Assembly (NCBI RefSeq): GCF_011745625.1
Contig: NW_027191495.1
Location: 1 to 64,000 of the forward strand
Source: Cladosporium halotolerans
Taxonomy: Eukaryota
DNA: 64,000 nucleotides
Direction: 5' to 3'
Both the position numbers and the translations under genes were made by a program. The notes under the pieces were generated by a model. The model made no database searches. It worked only from the letters and a program-made list of their open reading frames with translations, and had not been told where the DNA came from. Below are positions 11,155-21,908 of the stretch, piece after piece (position 1 is the first letter of the stretch; the number at the start of each line of letters is the position of its first letter).

Positions 11155-12488
11155 TCAAACCGCCCGCCCAAAAATCGGCTCCTCCGACCTCTCGCTCCGA
11201 ATACTGTGATCTCTCGGAGTCTCATCGTGGCCATCATCCGCCAGCCTCGAACCCAACCACCCATCCCCCGACTCCCTGCCCCCAGCCCTCTCATCCCGCA
11301 CGACATTATAGCTATGCCGGACCCTGATCGCCGACGACAGCTTCCCGTCCTCCGAGGCCTCCAGGCTCTCCAAGCGCACGTCCTTCGGCTGCCCTGTTCC
11401 GCCGGCGGTGTTGTTGTTGCGGGTGCCGCTGGTGGAGACGAAGGTGCTGTCGAGGAAGGCGAAGACTTTGCCGAAGAAGGGCTTGAGAGCTGGGACGGAG
11501 AGGGCGACGAGCGTGGAGCCGATCTCGGCGACTTCGATTGTGAGCAGGGGGTTGTATGACCAAGATTGGTCGGCCTGGGAAGAGGGATTAGTCGTGGAGA
11601 CTGGAGGGGCTGAAGACGCGAGGAGAGACTTACGTTCCACTGCCCTACGATGACGAGGTACATCCTGGCGGAGGATATGGCGATGACGATCAGGCCGGGC
11701 ATCATGATTCCAGCGAGCTTGATCTTGTCCGTCGTGGCGACCTTGAGCTTCTTGATGATGAAAGCCGGGATGGTGAACAGCGCCAGGTCGCAGAGAAGGG
11801 AGATCACGCTGTTCGTCACGTAGACCAGGCCCCACTGTATGCAGGTGTAGTCTGCGTAGTTGGCCTCGAACGTGTAGGGCCAGTAGGCCGTCACCGGGAT
11901 GCAGTGGAAGATGATGAGGGCCATTTGCGGGATGTAGAGCGCTATCATCGTGATGGCTGTGATACGGATCGCCCATGTCAGTTTGCGGTGCCGATCTGCG
12001 ATTCTGGCGTAGAACGCGAGACCTGACAGTCTGCCGACCAGCAGACAGGTCGTGTAGATGAGATGCGCCCAGAAGTCCAGCACTTCGGTTTTCGACCTGA
12101 CCGGGTCGGTCATGACATATTGGATGTACGCGAAATGTCTGCCGGAGCCGAGGTGAATGAGAACAATTGAGAGTACGACAAATGCGATGAATGGAAGCTT
12201 TGCAGGATGTCAATATGCGTGTTCCGGCGTGAGATTGCACCGCAACCAACTCACCATCGCCCCGAAGGCAAGCCAGTCATCCAGTCCGAACTTCCCAGAG
12301 AGCGACAATCGAGCGTAGCATCGCAGGGCCATTACCACGCTGACGAAGCTAGCGATGAATAAGATCGCTATAACGGCCGGTCGATCCCTACTCTCCTGGA
12401 GCAGGGCGAAGGTGACATCTGGAGGTATGTCATTTGGCTGCGCAGCTAATGCGGCCTTGATGGCCTCCGTGTTGGTTGGAGATGCCAT
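11155..12488 (-). CDS. PTH11-like (fungal rhodopsin-domain) integral membrane protein, no CFEM domain
   Basis: Exons 12488-12255, 12197-11634 and 11574-11155. Motifs LRCYAR..GKFGLDDWLA, RLSGLAFYARI, CIPVTAYW, CDLALFTIP, EIGSTLVALSVPALKP; about seven hydrophobic segments. Confidence 0.88.
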
Positions 12489-13251
12489 CGATTCTGTGGC
12501 ATCAACAGATCGGCGAGGGTGGCAAGGCGCATTGCCTGCGAAATACTGCAGCGAGAGGGACTACCGCCGAACATAAAGACCGCCAGGCGCGCGTCCAGCC
12601 GGACGACAAAGGTTTGGTTCGTCCATGGGAACTCGCAATCCAGGATAGAGTTCGCCCGATGGATGCATGGGCGAGACATCCGGAAAGTGAAAGGTGACGA
12701 GACCCATGTCGCGGAACTTTGCGAGGCCTGCCTTATCTAGTGCATTGCACCATCTCCCTGCTGAAGATGCGCCGATCGCTTGACGTGCATGTGTCTACCG
12801 TGCGACCAAGGGCGATGCCACACACTTTTCGATAGCCGGCAGTGCGACAGGAGGCGTGAAGTCGGCGCATCAGCAGACGGCCAGCAGGCGCCACTGCAGA
12901 TCCCACCGGCCAGCCCTCCGCACTCGGTGCAACAACAATTGGAAGGCCGGAAGGCCTGAGGGCGGGGCGCCGCCACGACTTGGCCTCAGCGCCTCAGCCC
13001 TCGAAGACGTCCCAACTCAATGTCGATGGGCCCTCGGTCCTAATGAAACCTTGACAGATCCCTGGTGTCGCCTTGCATATGTATTGGCACTACGCTCGGT
13101 AGCTTGCGCTATGGGCACGCCGCAAAAGGTTGACGACGGAGGTGGCTTTCCCTGCAATTGACTTGTACCTGGCCGAAGCTACATCTTTCTCCATCACGTC
13201 TTGTAAGGCTCCCTGCATTCATTAGGTTTGCTGTTGCTGTACGACACCAAG

Positions 13252-15076
13252 ATGGCGATCACGTCCATTGCGATATGCCTGTTCGCGGCCCTGGCAGGGC
13301 GTGCAGCTGCCGCTAACGACTCCCACGTGGCGGCCATGTTCGCCATGCCTGATTGCAACGGCTTCCCGATCGAAGATGTCTCCATCGATGTCTTGCAGGA
13401 CTACATGTCCTCCGGTAACCTGACTTCCTCGGACCTGGTTGGGTGCTACATTCAGCGCCATCTCCAGACGGACTTCTACATCAAGTATGTCACGCTGGAA
13501 TCATGTCTTTCAATAACATCACAGCTAACAATGTACGCGCAGCTCGGTGCTGGAAATCAACCCTGATGTGTTCAGCATCGCCAAAAAGCTGGACAAAGAG
13601 CGCAAACGCGGCAAAGTCCGGTCCAACCTCCATGGCATCCCGTTCCTCGTCAAGGATAACATCGCCTCCAAGGACAAGATGCAGACGACCGCCGGCAGCT
13701 GGGCGCTGCAGGGCTCTGTAGTGCCACGCGATGCTTTCGTCGTGAAGAAGCTCAGGGAGGCTGGCGCCATCCTCATGGGCAAAGCCACCTTGAGTGAGTG
13801 GGCGGACATGCGCAGCAACAACTACTCTGAAGGTTACTCTGCCCGCGGCGGACAAGCCAGGAGCTCCTACAACTTCACCGTCAACCCCGGCGGCAGCAGT
13901 TCCGGCAGCGCGATCGCTGTCGCCAACAACGTTGTTCCTTTCACGCTGGGCACCGAGACCGACGGTAGCGTCATCAACCCTGCGATGCGCAATGCCGTCG
14001 TCGGCATCAAGCCCACTGTCGGCCTGACATCCCGCGCTGGCACGGTCCCCGAGAGCGAGCACCAAGACTCCATCGGTGCCTTTGGCAAAACCGTTGCCGA
14101 CGCCGTCTACGCCCTGGACGCCATATACGGCGTCGACGAGCGCGACAACTACACCCTCGCGCAAGCCGGGCACACGCCTGACGGCGGCTACGCGCAATAC
14201 CTGAGCAAGTCTTCCGCTCTGCAGGGAGTCAAGTTCGGCATCCCCTGGGATTCGTTCTGGAAGTACGCCGATGAGGAGCAGCTGGGCGTCCTTTCGGAGA
14301 TCCTGGACCTCCTTGAGGAAGCCGGCGCCACCATCACCAACGGCACCGAACTGCAGCGTCCCGACATCGTCAGCCCCGACGGCTGGAACTGGTAAGTTCT
14401 CGCATCCCACCCAACCATCTCCCCCCTCTCCCTCTCCCAACCCCGCAATCTAACACACCCTCCCAGGGACTACGGCACCGTGCGCGGCTACCCCAACGAA
14501 TCCGAATACACCTACATCAAAGTCGACTTCTACAACAACATCGCCAGCTACCTGTCCGAGCTCTCCTCGACCTCCATGCGCTCCCTCTCCGACATCGTGC
14601 AATACAACATCGACAACGTCGGCACCGAAGGCGGCACGCCCGGCATCCACCCGGCCTTCGGCTCCGGGCAAGACGGCTTCCTCGCCTCGCTCGAATCACA
14701 GGGCATCCAAAACGAGACGTACTTCCAGGCCCTCGAATTCTGCCAGCGCACCTCGCGCGAGGAAGGAATCGACGCCGCGCTGGCCAGCGCCGGCGGCCAA
14801 GACGCGCTGCTGCTGCCGCCGGACGTCGCGCAGGCGGTGCAGATCGCCGCGCAGGCCGGCTACCCGCTGATCACGGTGCCGGCGTCGGTGCACAGCGAGA
14901 GCGGCATGCCGTATGGGCTTGCGGTGCTGGGGACGGCGTTCAGTGAAGCCGGGCTGGTGAAGTATGCGAGTGCGATTGAGGACTTGCTGGTGGGGAGTGG
15001 GTCGGAGTATCAGAGGGCGAAGACGAGGCCGACGTGGGGTGGGTATCTGGAGAGGAATTTGCCGGTGCCGTTTTGA
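13252..15076 (+). CDS. Secreted amidase-signature family enzyme
   Basis: Exons 13252-13484, 13543-14391 and 14467-15076. Signal peptide; LHGIPFLVKDNI (Lys), PGGSSSGS and LGTETDGS (Ser-cisSer-Lys triad). Confidence 0.92.
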
Positions 15077-16007
15077 TGGGTTGGGAGGAGGGAGATGGGG
15101 AGGCGAGCCGAGGTGTGCTGGGTGGGCTTAATGTTGAGTCATGGGTTGCTTAAAGATCGAGCATGACCTCTAAAGATGTAGTCACATAAAACCCAATAAT
15201 TAGAGAAGACAGTCCTCTACGACCGATACAAGGCATATGCTATGCTAAGCGCGTGAATTGCATCCCCACATAGAGAGTAGAAACACACGAAGCATCATAC
15301 TGTCAACCCATCAATCGCTGAAGGTTAATGTGAAGACTTATTACACACAACGCCCCTCCCGGGCTTCACGGGGGCAGGCTCGGATCGGTAAGTAACAGTA
15401 ACTAAATCGCATTGTTTGCCTCTCATCTCGCAAAAGGAATCCGCGCATTCTCATCAGAGAAGTCAGCCATCCGTCTATGCAGTGAGAAATGCCAAGGGTT
15501 AGCAGGGTTAGGGTTGGGGTACCTCATCTCCCTCAGCGACACAACCTCGACGGACATCTAATCGTGACGTTTCATTCGGCCAGCAAGCAGAACACAGTTA
15601 GAAGGTCGCAGGGTGGAGACCTCTTCGATCCCTTGGTAGAATGTGGGAATGCGCGGCATCATGAGGAACGGCACGTCTGGAGGTTAATGAAGAAGTGTCA
15701 TTTGCAGGTGCGTGTCGGATCGCGGCTCAGAATCAATGATGAGGTATTGACAATCTATTCATAATGCTACTGTGATGTGCCTTTCAAAGCAGGCGCATAT
15801 GCCAATCCCAGCTCTCAAGCCCACCAATACCAAAAGAACAAGCCATGCATGCCGCAACAGCATTTCCAGCACCATGCAACGCCAGGAACAATACAATAGG
15901 GTATCAACATCGCCTCCACCCACCAACCCGGGCAGTCTCTCTCCAAAGACCTATATCATATCGTCGTGACAACCCCAAAGCCAACCCAATCACAAAATGA
16001 AATAAAA

Positions 16008-19000
16008 TCACATAACAACACACCTCTCCTCCGCCTCCTGCACAGTCCCCGGCTGCGCATGCGGCCTCCGACCTCCATGCCCACCCTGTCCCGCTCCCAT
16101 CCCCTGCCCACCACTCGCAGCCGGAAACCCACCCGGCGGCGCGCCCTGCCCCTGCCCACCGCCGAGCAAACTACTCCTCCGCCTCCCACTCACCCTCCTC
16201 CCGCCCTGCTGCTGACTCTGACTCTGCTGCTGCTGCCTCCTCAGCGCATCGTAAGTATTCAGCGGATGCCCGGGCAGCTGCGTAGCATTCGCGTTCGCAT
16301 TGGGCCCGGCGGCGCCGCCCTCGCGATAAGGCCTGTCGTTCGCAGCCTGCTCGTACGTGGGCGGGGCGGTCGGATCGCCTCCTGTGCCACCTCCTCCGCC
16401 ACCAGCTTCAGGGCGATTTGCAGCCGGCCTCGGCCCGCCACTACTAGAAGGCGGGCGCCCCCCGTTGCCGGACCTTCGGGGCGGGATCGCGGGCGGGCGG
16501 CCCTCGTTCTGGCGGGAGAGGTATTGTTCCGACAGTTCCTGCTCGCGGCGGCGCTGGGACTCGGCTTGGCGCTGGCGGTCTTCTTCTTCTTCTTGGAGCT
16601 GGAGGGCGAGGGCGAGGTCGTGGTCTTCTTGTTCGGAGAGGGAGGGTTGGTGGGTTGCGGGCTGTGGGGAGGGATTGGCGGGGGAGTGAGAGGAGGTCGG
16701 GCGGGGGCCGGGGAGGGGAGGCGCGAGGTCCGCGGCGTTGGTGGAGGGTTGCTGGGCTTGGGCGTCTGGTCTGCTGTTCCTGCTTGGAGGGACGGTCTGC
16801 CAGCCGTCGTTGTTGGCGCCGGCGGAGGAGGCTTGATTCGGTCGGCTGGCGTCCTGGCTGTGGCTGACGACGCGGAAGTCGCCGCTGAAGAGCTCGCTCG
16901 CGGCGCCGTTGACGTCGACGAGGCTCTCCCAGACGATTTCGTCGTGCGAGCCGTAACCAGCGTCGGTGACAAGGGTCATGAGCCCGCCGTAGGAGGGTTC
17001 TTTGTAGACGGTGCTGAAGTGGTCATTGCGGAAGAGGATTGCGATCTGGCCCGGTCGGAGCGTCTTGGAGATCGTCGAGAGGCCGTGGTCGGTCAGCTGG
17101 GTGGGCCAGGACGAGAGGAAGCTCTTGATGACCTGGATGTCCTGGAGTGCCAACTGTTCCTGGTCGGACAGACCTTCGGCGCGGAGTTTGTCTTCCAGCT
17201 CGAACTCGAGAAATTGAATGTTTTGGGCATCTTCGAAGCTCTGTGCGGACCGCTCAAACGCTGCGTAAGCGCCGGTGTCCTGCGCAGGAACCCAGCCGTG
17301 GATGAGCGGGATGCTGAAGGTGGAGTACAATCGCATTTCCTTGGTCTCTTCGAATGCGCCAGCCTTGCTCTGAGCTCTGTGCATTGGGTGAGTCTGGTTG
17401 AGATCGGGTGAGTGGCCATCCAGGGACCCTCTAGGGGCATGGACAGGAGTGATGAAGCGCGGGTTGACGTTCATGCCTGTGTGGAGAGCCAAAAGGAATG
17501 AGTACAGCTCGCTCACATCAGGGAGCTCCTGCGCGGAGTCGCCTCGTCTGCCAGACATGAGCTCATCGAACACCGCATCTAGCAAAAGGCCCAGGCTGAC
17601 TTGTTCCCGGGTCCTCAACGCCTCCACCAATGCAGTGTCTAGGTTTGGCGGTGTGCTGAGTACCAGAGCATTTACTAGAGCGAGCAGCGGACACGGGCCA
17701 TTCGCGTTCTGCATAAGAATGGGAGACTGCCGCATGGCGCCTGACTGGTCCTTCCAATTGATGTGCTTGATTGGGTAATGCTCATTTCGCTGCCTGCTTG
17801 CCTGGGTACGCGGAGTCTCGGGATTTGCGGGGATGGATTGTGATGCGGTCGTGGCTGGATGGGATACGTCGATTGGCGCTGGTACATTCCTTTCAGGTTT
17901 CGGCGGAGACGCAGTTCGCTGCTGGAACAATGTCGTAGCCGGCGTCTCGTCATCATCGATCAGGCTATGACCGTGGTTTGTATGAGGTACTGGTGGCACT
18001 TGAGGAACGCCATCTTCTTGAGGATACGGAGGCGATTGCGCTGAAGAGCCGGGAAGAGGCGGCGCTGGTGGTGGCACTGCCGCATGATCGTCCCATTTTT
18101 GCTCCGGCGTAGGCTGCTCCCACGGATTTACTGATGCGACACTCTCCGTCCTCTCGGTGATTGCTGACAGAGGAGGCTCCTGTATGCGTGATTTTGGAGT
18201 TGTCTCTGGCACGCTTGGAGGTTCATCACTCGATGGGTAGGGAGGTGCGCCAAGTGACATCTTCGACAATTCATCGGCGGGAGTGTGCACGGCTGGCAAC
18301 TCAGCAGGCGCATCAGGTGGAGGATTGATCGGCGGAGGTGGGTTTGCAGATGCACCCCATGGAGTGTAGTTCTTGGCTGTTTGCTGCCATGCAAGATGCT
18401 GCTGATCTTGCGAGGGAGGTATATGTTCAGAGTCTGGTCGTGAAGCTGGCGCACTGCCTGTCTGCTGAGTGTTGAGATAGGGATTGTTCGACTCGAAGCG
18501 ACCGTTGGGTTGCTCAGGTTGCTCCTGAGGTCGCTGAGTTTGTGACCAAGGGTTGGACTGTGCCTCCTCTTGATAATTTATGCCTCCATCTTGTGATCTT
18601 GCAGCCAGCGGGGCCGAAGCGCCGCCGGTAGGGCCTGGCCTGAGAGAGGCCGGAAGCTCTTCCTGTTTGTTCTCGCCATTTTCATTCTGCATCGCCTTTT
18701 GCTTCCCTGGTGCTATCCTGAGCGGCGGAGGAAGCTCATTCTCATCCGGAGTTTCGCGATCATCTTCGTCAGGCGAGTCCCACGTGCCATGCGAGGACAC
18801 GTCGGAATCTCTACGCGGGCGATTCTGAGCTTCTTGCATGTCGATCAAGTCGAAGGCGGGAGAAGTGCCTAGATTTGGGGAGTAGATGCTGTTGGTGCTG
18901 CCTGGGATTTTGTTGCTGTCAAGAGGAGTCGCAGGGTAAGGCGGGTTGGCAGTGTCTTGCGAAGCGTTGTTTGCTTGGGAGGTTGAGACCCGCGGGCCGA

Positions 19001-19019
19001 CAGGCTTTCTTGTCACCAT
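16008..19019 (-). CDS. MINDY-family (DUF544) K48 deubiquitinase with MIU motif and CAAX box
   Basis: Intronless. Catalytic Cys in QNANGPCPLLALVN, His in FRNDHFST, MIU-like EQEDHDLALALQLQEEE, C-terminal CVVM. Start chosen at ATG 19019 (MVTRKPVG). Confidence 0.92.
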   Translation of the reverse strand: MVTRKPVGPRVSTSQANNASQDTANPPYPATPLDSNKIPGSTNSIYSPNLGTSPAFDLIDMQEAQNRPRRDSDVSSHGTWDSPDEDDRETPDENELPPPLRIAPGKQKAMQNENGENKQEELPASLRPGPTGGASAPLAARSQDGGINYQEEAQSNPWSQTQRPQEQPEQPNGRFESNNPYLNTQQTGSAPASRPDSEHIPPSQDQQHLAWQQTAKNYTPWGASANPPPPINPPPDAPAELPAVHTPADELSKMSLGAPPYPSSDEPPSVPETTPKSRIQEPPLSAITERTESVASVNPWEQPTPEQKWDDHAAVPPPAPPLPGSSAQSPPYPQEDGVPQVPPVPHTNHGHSLIDDDETPATTLFQQRTASPPKPERNVPAPIDVSHPATTASQSIPANPETPRTQASRQRNEHYPIKHINWKDQSGAMRQSPILMQNANGPCPLLALVNALVLSTPPNLDTALVEALRTREQVSLGLLLDAVFDELMSGRRGDSAQELPDVSELYSFLLALHTGMNVNPRFITPVHAPRGSLDGHSPDLNQTHPMHRAQSKAGAFEETKEMRLYSTFSIPLIHGWVPAQDTGAYAAFERSAQSFEDAQNIQFLEFELEDKLRAEGLSDQEQLALQDIQVIKSFLSSWPTQLTDHGLSTISKTLRPGQIAILFRNDHFSTVYKEPSYGGLMTLVTDAGYGSHDEIVWESLVDVNGAASELFSGDFRVVSHSQDASRPNQASSAGANNDGWQTVPPSRNSRPDAQAQQPSTNAADLAPPLPGPRPTSSHSPANPSPQPATHQPSLSEQEDHDLALALQLQEEEEDRQRQAESQRRREQELSEQYLSRQNEGRPPAIPPRRSGNGGRPPSSSGGPRPAANRPEAGGGGGGTGGDPTAPPTYEQAANDRPYREGGAAGPNANANATQLPGHPLNTYDALRRQQQQSQSQQQGGRRVSGRRRSSLLGGGQGQGAPPGGFPAASGGQGMGAGQGGHGGRRPHAQPGTVQEAEERCVVM

Positions 19020-19766
19020 GATTGCAGGCTGGTCTCGGGTTGAAAGGCGGGCTGAGTGAATGAGGGAAATGCCGTTGTCCGTGTATCCCAGCTGGGGAGC
19101 TGCCAAGGTGGGTGTAAGCTTGGTATAGGCAACGCTTTGACAAAGGGCTGGGAGCAACGCGACAGCGCGCGCGATGGATGACGGCAGGGACAAGAGAAAA
19201 TAGGGGGATTTGAGGGTGAAAGAAGGAGAAGGTCGATTAATAGATGCGAGGAGGTGGAGGCGAGGACAGCATCCAGGCAGTCTTTACTGCGCGGTTCGCT
19301 TGAAGGCCGCCTGGGCGCGTTCGCTTGTTGGACATGACGTTGGCTGTGGCGCAGTTGAACCTCGAGCGTGAGCTTCTCCACGTCCGCCCGACAGCCCTGC
19401 CATGCCGCCCTGCCGAAGTCCGTAGCGCCTGCTCAAGGACGATATGGATACATGCCTTCTGCGGTGTGAACCTTTGTTGTAATGCTGAGCTCAAGATACA
19501 GGATAAATGGAGTGCTTAAAGCAAAAAACACCCTATCAACCCATCGTAACAAAAGCCTTCGAAACGTCATGATTCAGGCATCTTGATCTGCTTGTGACCG
19601 CAAAGGCCGTCTGCAGGCTGCACAGCCATAGCCGATCGACGCCACACCTGGGGAATTTTTGCGAGTGAATCAACGTCCAATGCCCGAACGAGCTCATGTG
19701 AGAAGTGACCCTGCTCGCCTGAGGCAAAGCAACACCCTTGCAATCACCCTCGAAAACACACACAAA

Positions 19767-21143
19767 ATGTCTGATTCGTCCCTGCGCATCCTCCTCGTCG
19801 GCAATGGCGGCCGCGAGCACACCCTCGCCTGGAAGCTGGCCCAATCGCCGCTCGTAGATACAATTCACATCGTTCCCGGCAACGGCGGTACCGCAGCGTA
19901 GGTGCGCCCTGATTCACGCCTTCTCGTCCTTCACGACCCACGCCGTATCAGAACACGGCTGACCGCATCATCCCACAGCGTGCCCAAATGCGTCAACGGC
20001 GCCGGCGTGTCGCAGGAAGACTTCGCCGCCCTGGTCCAGTACGCCAAGGCCAACAACCTCAACTTCCTCGTCCCGGGCCCTGAAGCGCCCCTCGTCGCCG
20101 GCATAACCGACTACTTCGAGGCCAACGCCCCCGATGTCAAGGTCTTCGGCCCCAGCAAAGCCGCCGCCCAGCTCGAGGGCAGCAAGACCTTCTCCAAGGA
20201 CTTCATGAAGCGCCACAACATCCCAACCGCGCGCTACGAGAACTTCACCTCCTACGATGCGGCCCGTGCGCACCTGGACGCCATCGACTACCGCGTCGTG
20301 ATCAAAGCCGACGGCCTCGCGGCCGGCAAGGGCGTCATCCTGCCCGAAACCACCGCCGAAGCCCAAGCGGCCCTCAAAGACATCATGGTCGACAACGAGT
20401 TCGGCGCCGCGGGCAACTCCGTCGTGATCGAAGAGCACCTCGACGGCGACGAGATCTCCATCCTCTCGCTCTCCGACGGCCGCGCGATCCTCTCGCTCCC
20501 GCCCGCGCAAGACCACAAGCGCATCGGCGACGGCGACACGGGCCCCAACACCGGCGGCATGGGCACGTACGCGCCGGCGCCCGTCGCGACGCCCGCGATC
20601 CTCGCCGAGATCGAGGAGAAGGTGCTGCAACCCACCGTCCGCGGCCTGCAGGCCGAGAAGCTCCGCTTCGCCGGCTGCCTGTTCACGGGCTTCATGCTGA
20701 CCTCCTCGGGCCCGCGCGTGCTGGAGTACAACGTGCGGTTCGGCGACCCGGAGACGCAGTCGTGCCTGGCGCTGCTGGAGTCGGACCTCGCGGCGCTGAT
20801 GCTGGCGAGCACGAACGGGACGCTGGCGGAGCAGAAGCTGGCGCTGTCCGACCGCCACGCGTGCACCGTCGTCGTGGCCGCGGGCGGGTACCCGGGCAGC
20901 TACGCGAAGGGCACGCCGATGAATGTCTCCGAGCCGAAAGAGGACGGCGTGTACGTGTTCCACGCGGGCACTTCGCGCGACGCGCAGGGCGCGCTGAAGA
21001 CGAGCGGTGGCAGGGTTATTGCTGCTACGGCGACGGGGGCGACGCTGAGGGAGGCGGTGGATAGGACTTATGAGGGCGTGAAGCTGATTCAGTTTGAGGG
21101 GATGCAGTACAGGAAGGACATTGCGCACCGGGCGCTGAAGTAG
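19767..21143 (+). CDS. ADE5: Phosphoribosylamine--glycine ligase (GAR synthetase), monofunctional
   Basis: Exons 19767-19897 and 19979-21143. Motifs LLVGNGGREH, PGPEAPL, AQLEGSKTFSK, KADGLAAGKGV, QDHKRIGDGDTGPNTGGMG, EYNVRFGDPE. Ends YRKDIAHRALK*. Confidence 0.95.
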
Positions 21144-21908
21144 GGGATGAGATATGCTTGATGGGGTTGATGAGATTATGAAGTTTCGGGTATAGATGAG
21201 AACAAAAGTTCGTGCGTGTATGGCTTCATGCTAGCATATTTCTGCAGTCGAAGGTAATCATAGAAGAGTCCAATGGTCCGATAAGATGACATAAAAATTG
21301 TGAGAGCGATCATCAACCTTTCGTCTTGTTTCCCCCAGCTCACATACCTAACGAGCCTACTGGCATATAACATGATCTCGCTCTCGTGCAATATTGAGCG
21401 AGGGGTTTGAAGTTCAGATGTACCATATTTGCGATAAATCGATATTCAGCCGGTGGTGCCTTGCAGACATGGACGAGTCAGTACCGTAGTGCTGACGGAA
21501 CATTCCCATCTTCGCCGACTCCCGGCCACCAATCGCGCGAAACCTGCAGCGAGCCCACGACATCGATTATACCCGATCACACTAGACAAGACCCTTTCGC
21601 CGAGGGTAAATGAACGAAACGAACAACCCTCCACAGCCCACCAACGGACCAAAAGCCGACATCATCGCGCCCCACCTCCACGGTCTCCATTCTCGCGCGG
21701 CGAGCCAAGTCGGGCAAGCCGACTGTGGATCTCTGCCTGGCGGGGGTCGCGGGCTTTTGCCCATGCGTTGAGCGGCTCCGTCATTGCTGTTTTGGTGGTG
21801 GTGTTCACTGACTACTTCACTTACTTGTACTTCACCTTTTGATAAATCGGTTGCTTGCTGAATCATAGAAAGATAAAAAGCATAGAGGACCAGAAGAAGA
21901 ACACAAAC

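Noticed and set aside
15400..15465. CUGAUGA on the minus strand suggesting a hammerhead ribozyme or C/D snoRNA
   Set aside because: No properly placed GAAA core, stems or D box were found.
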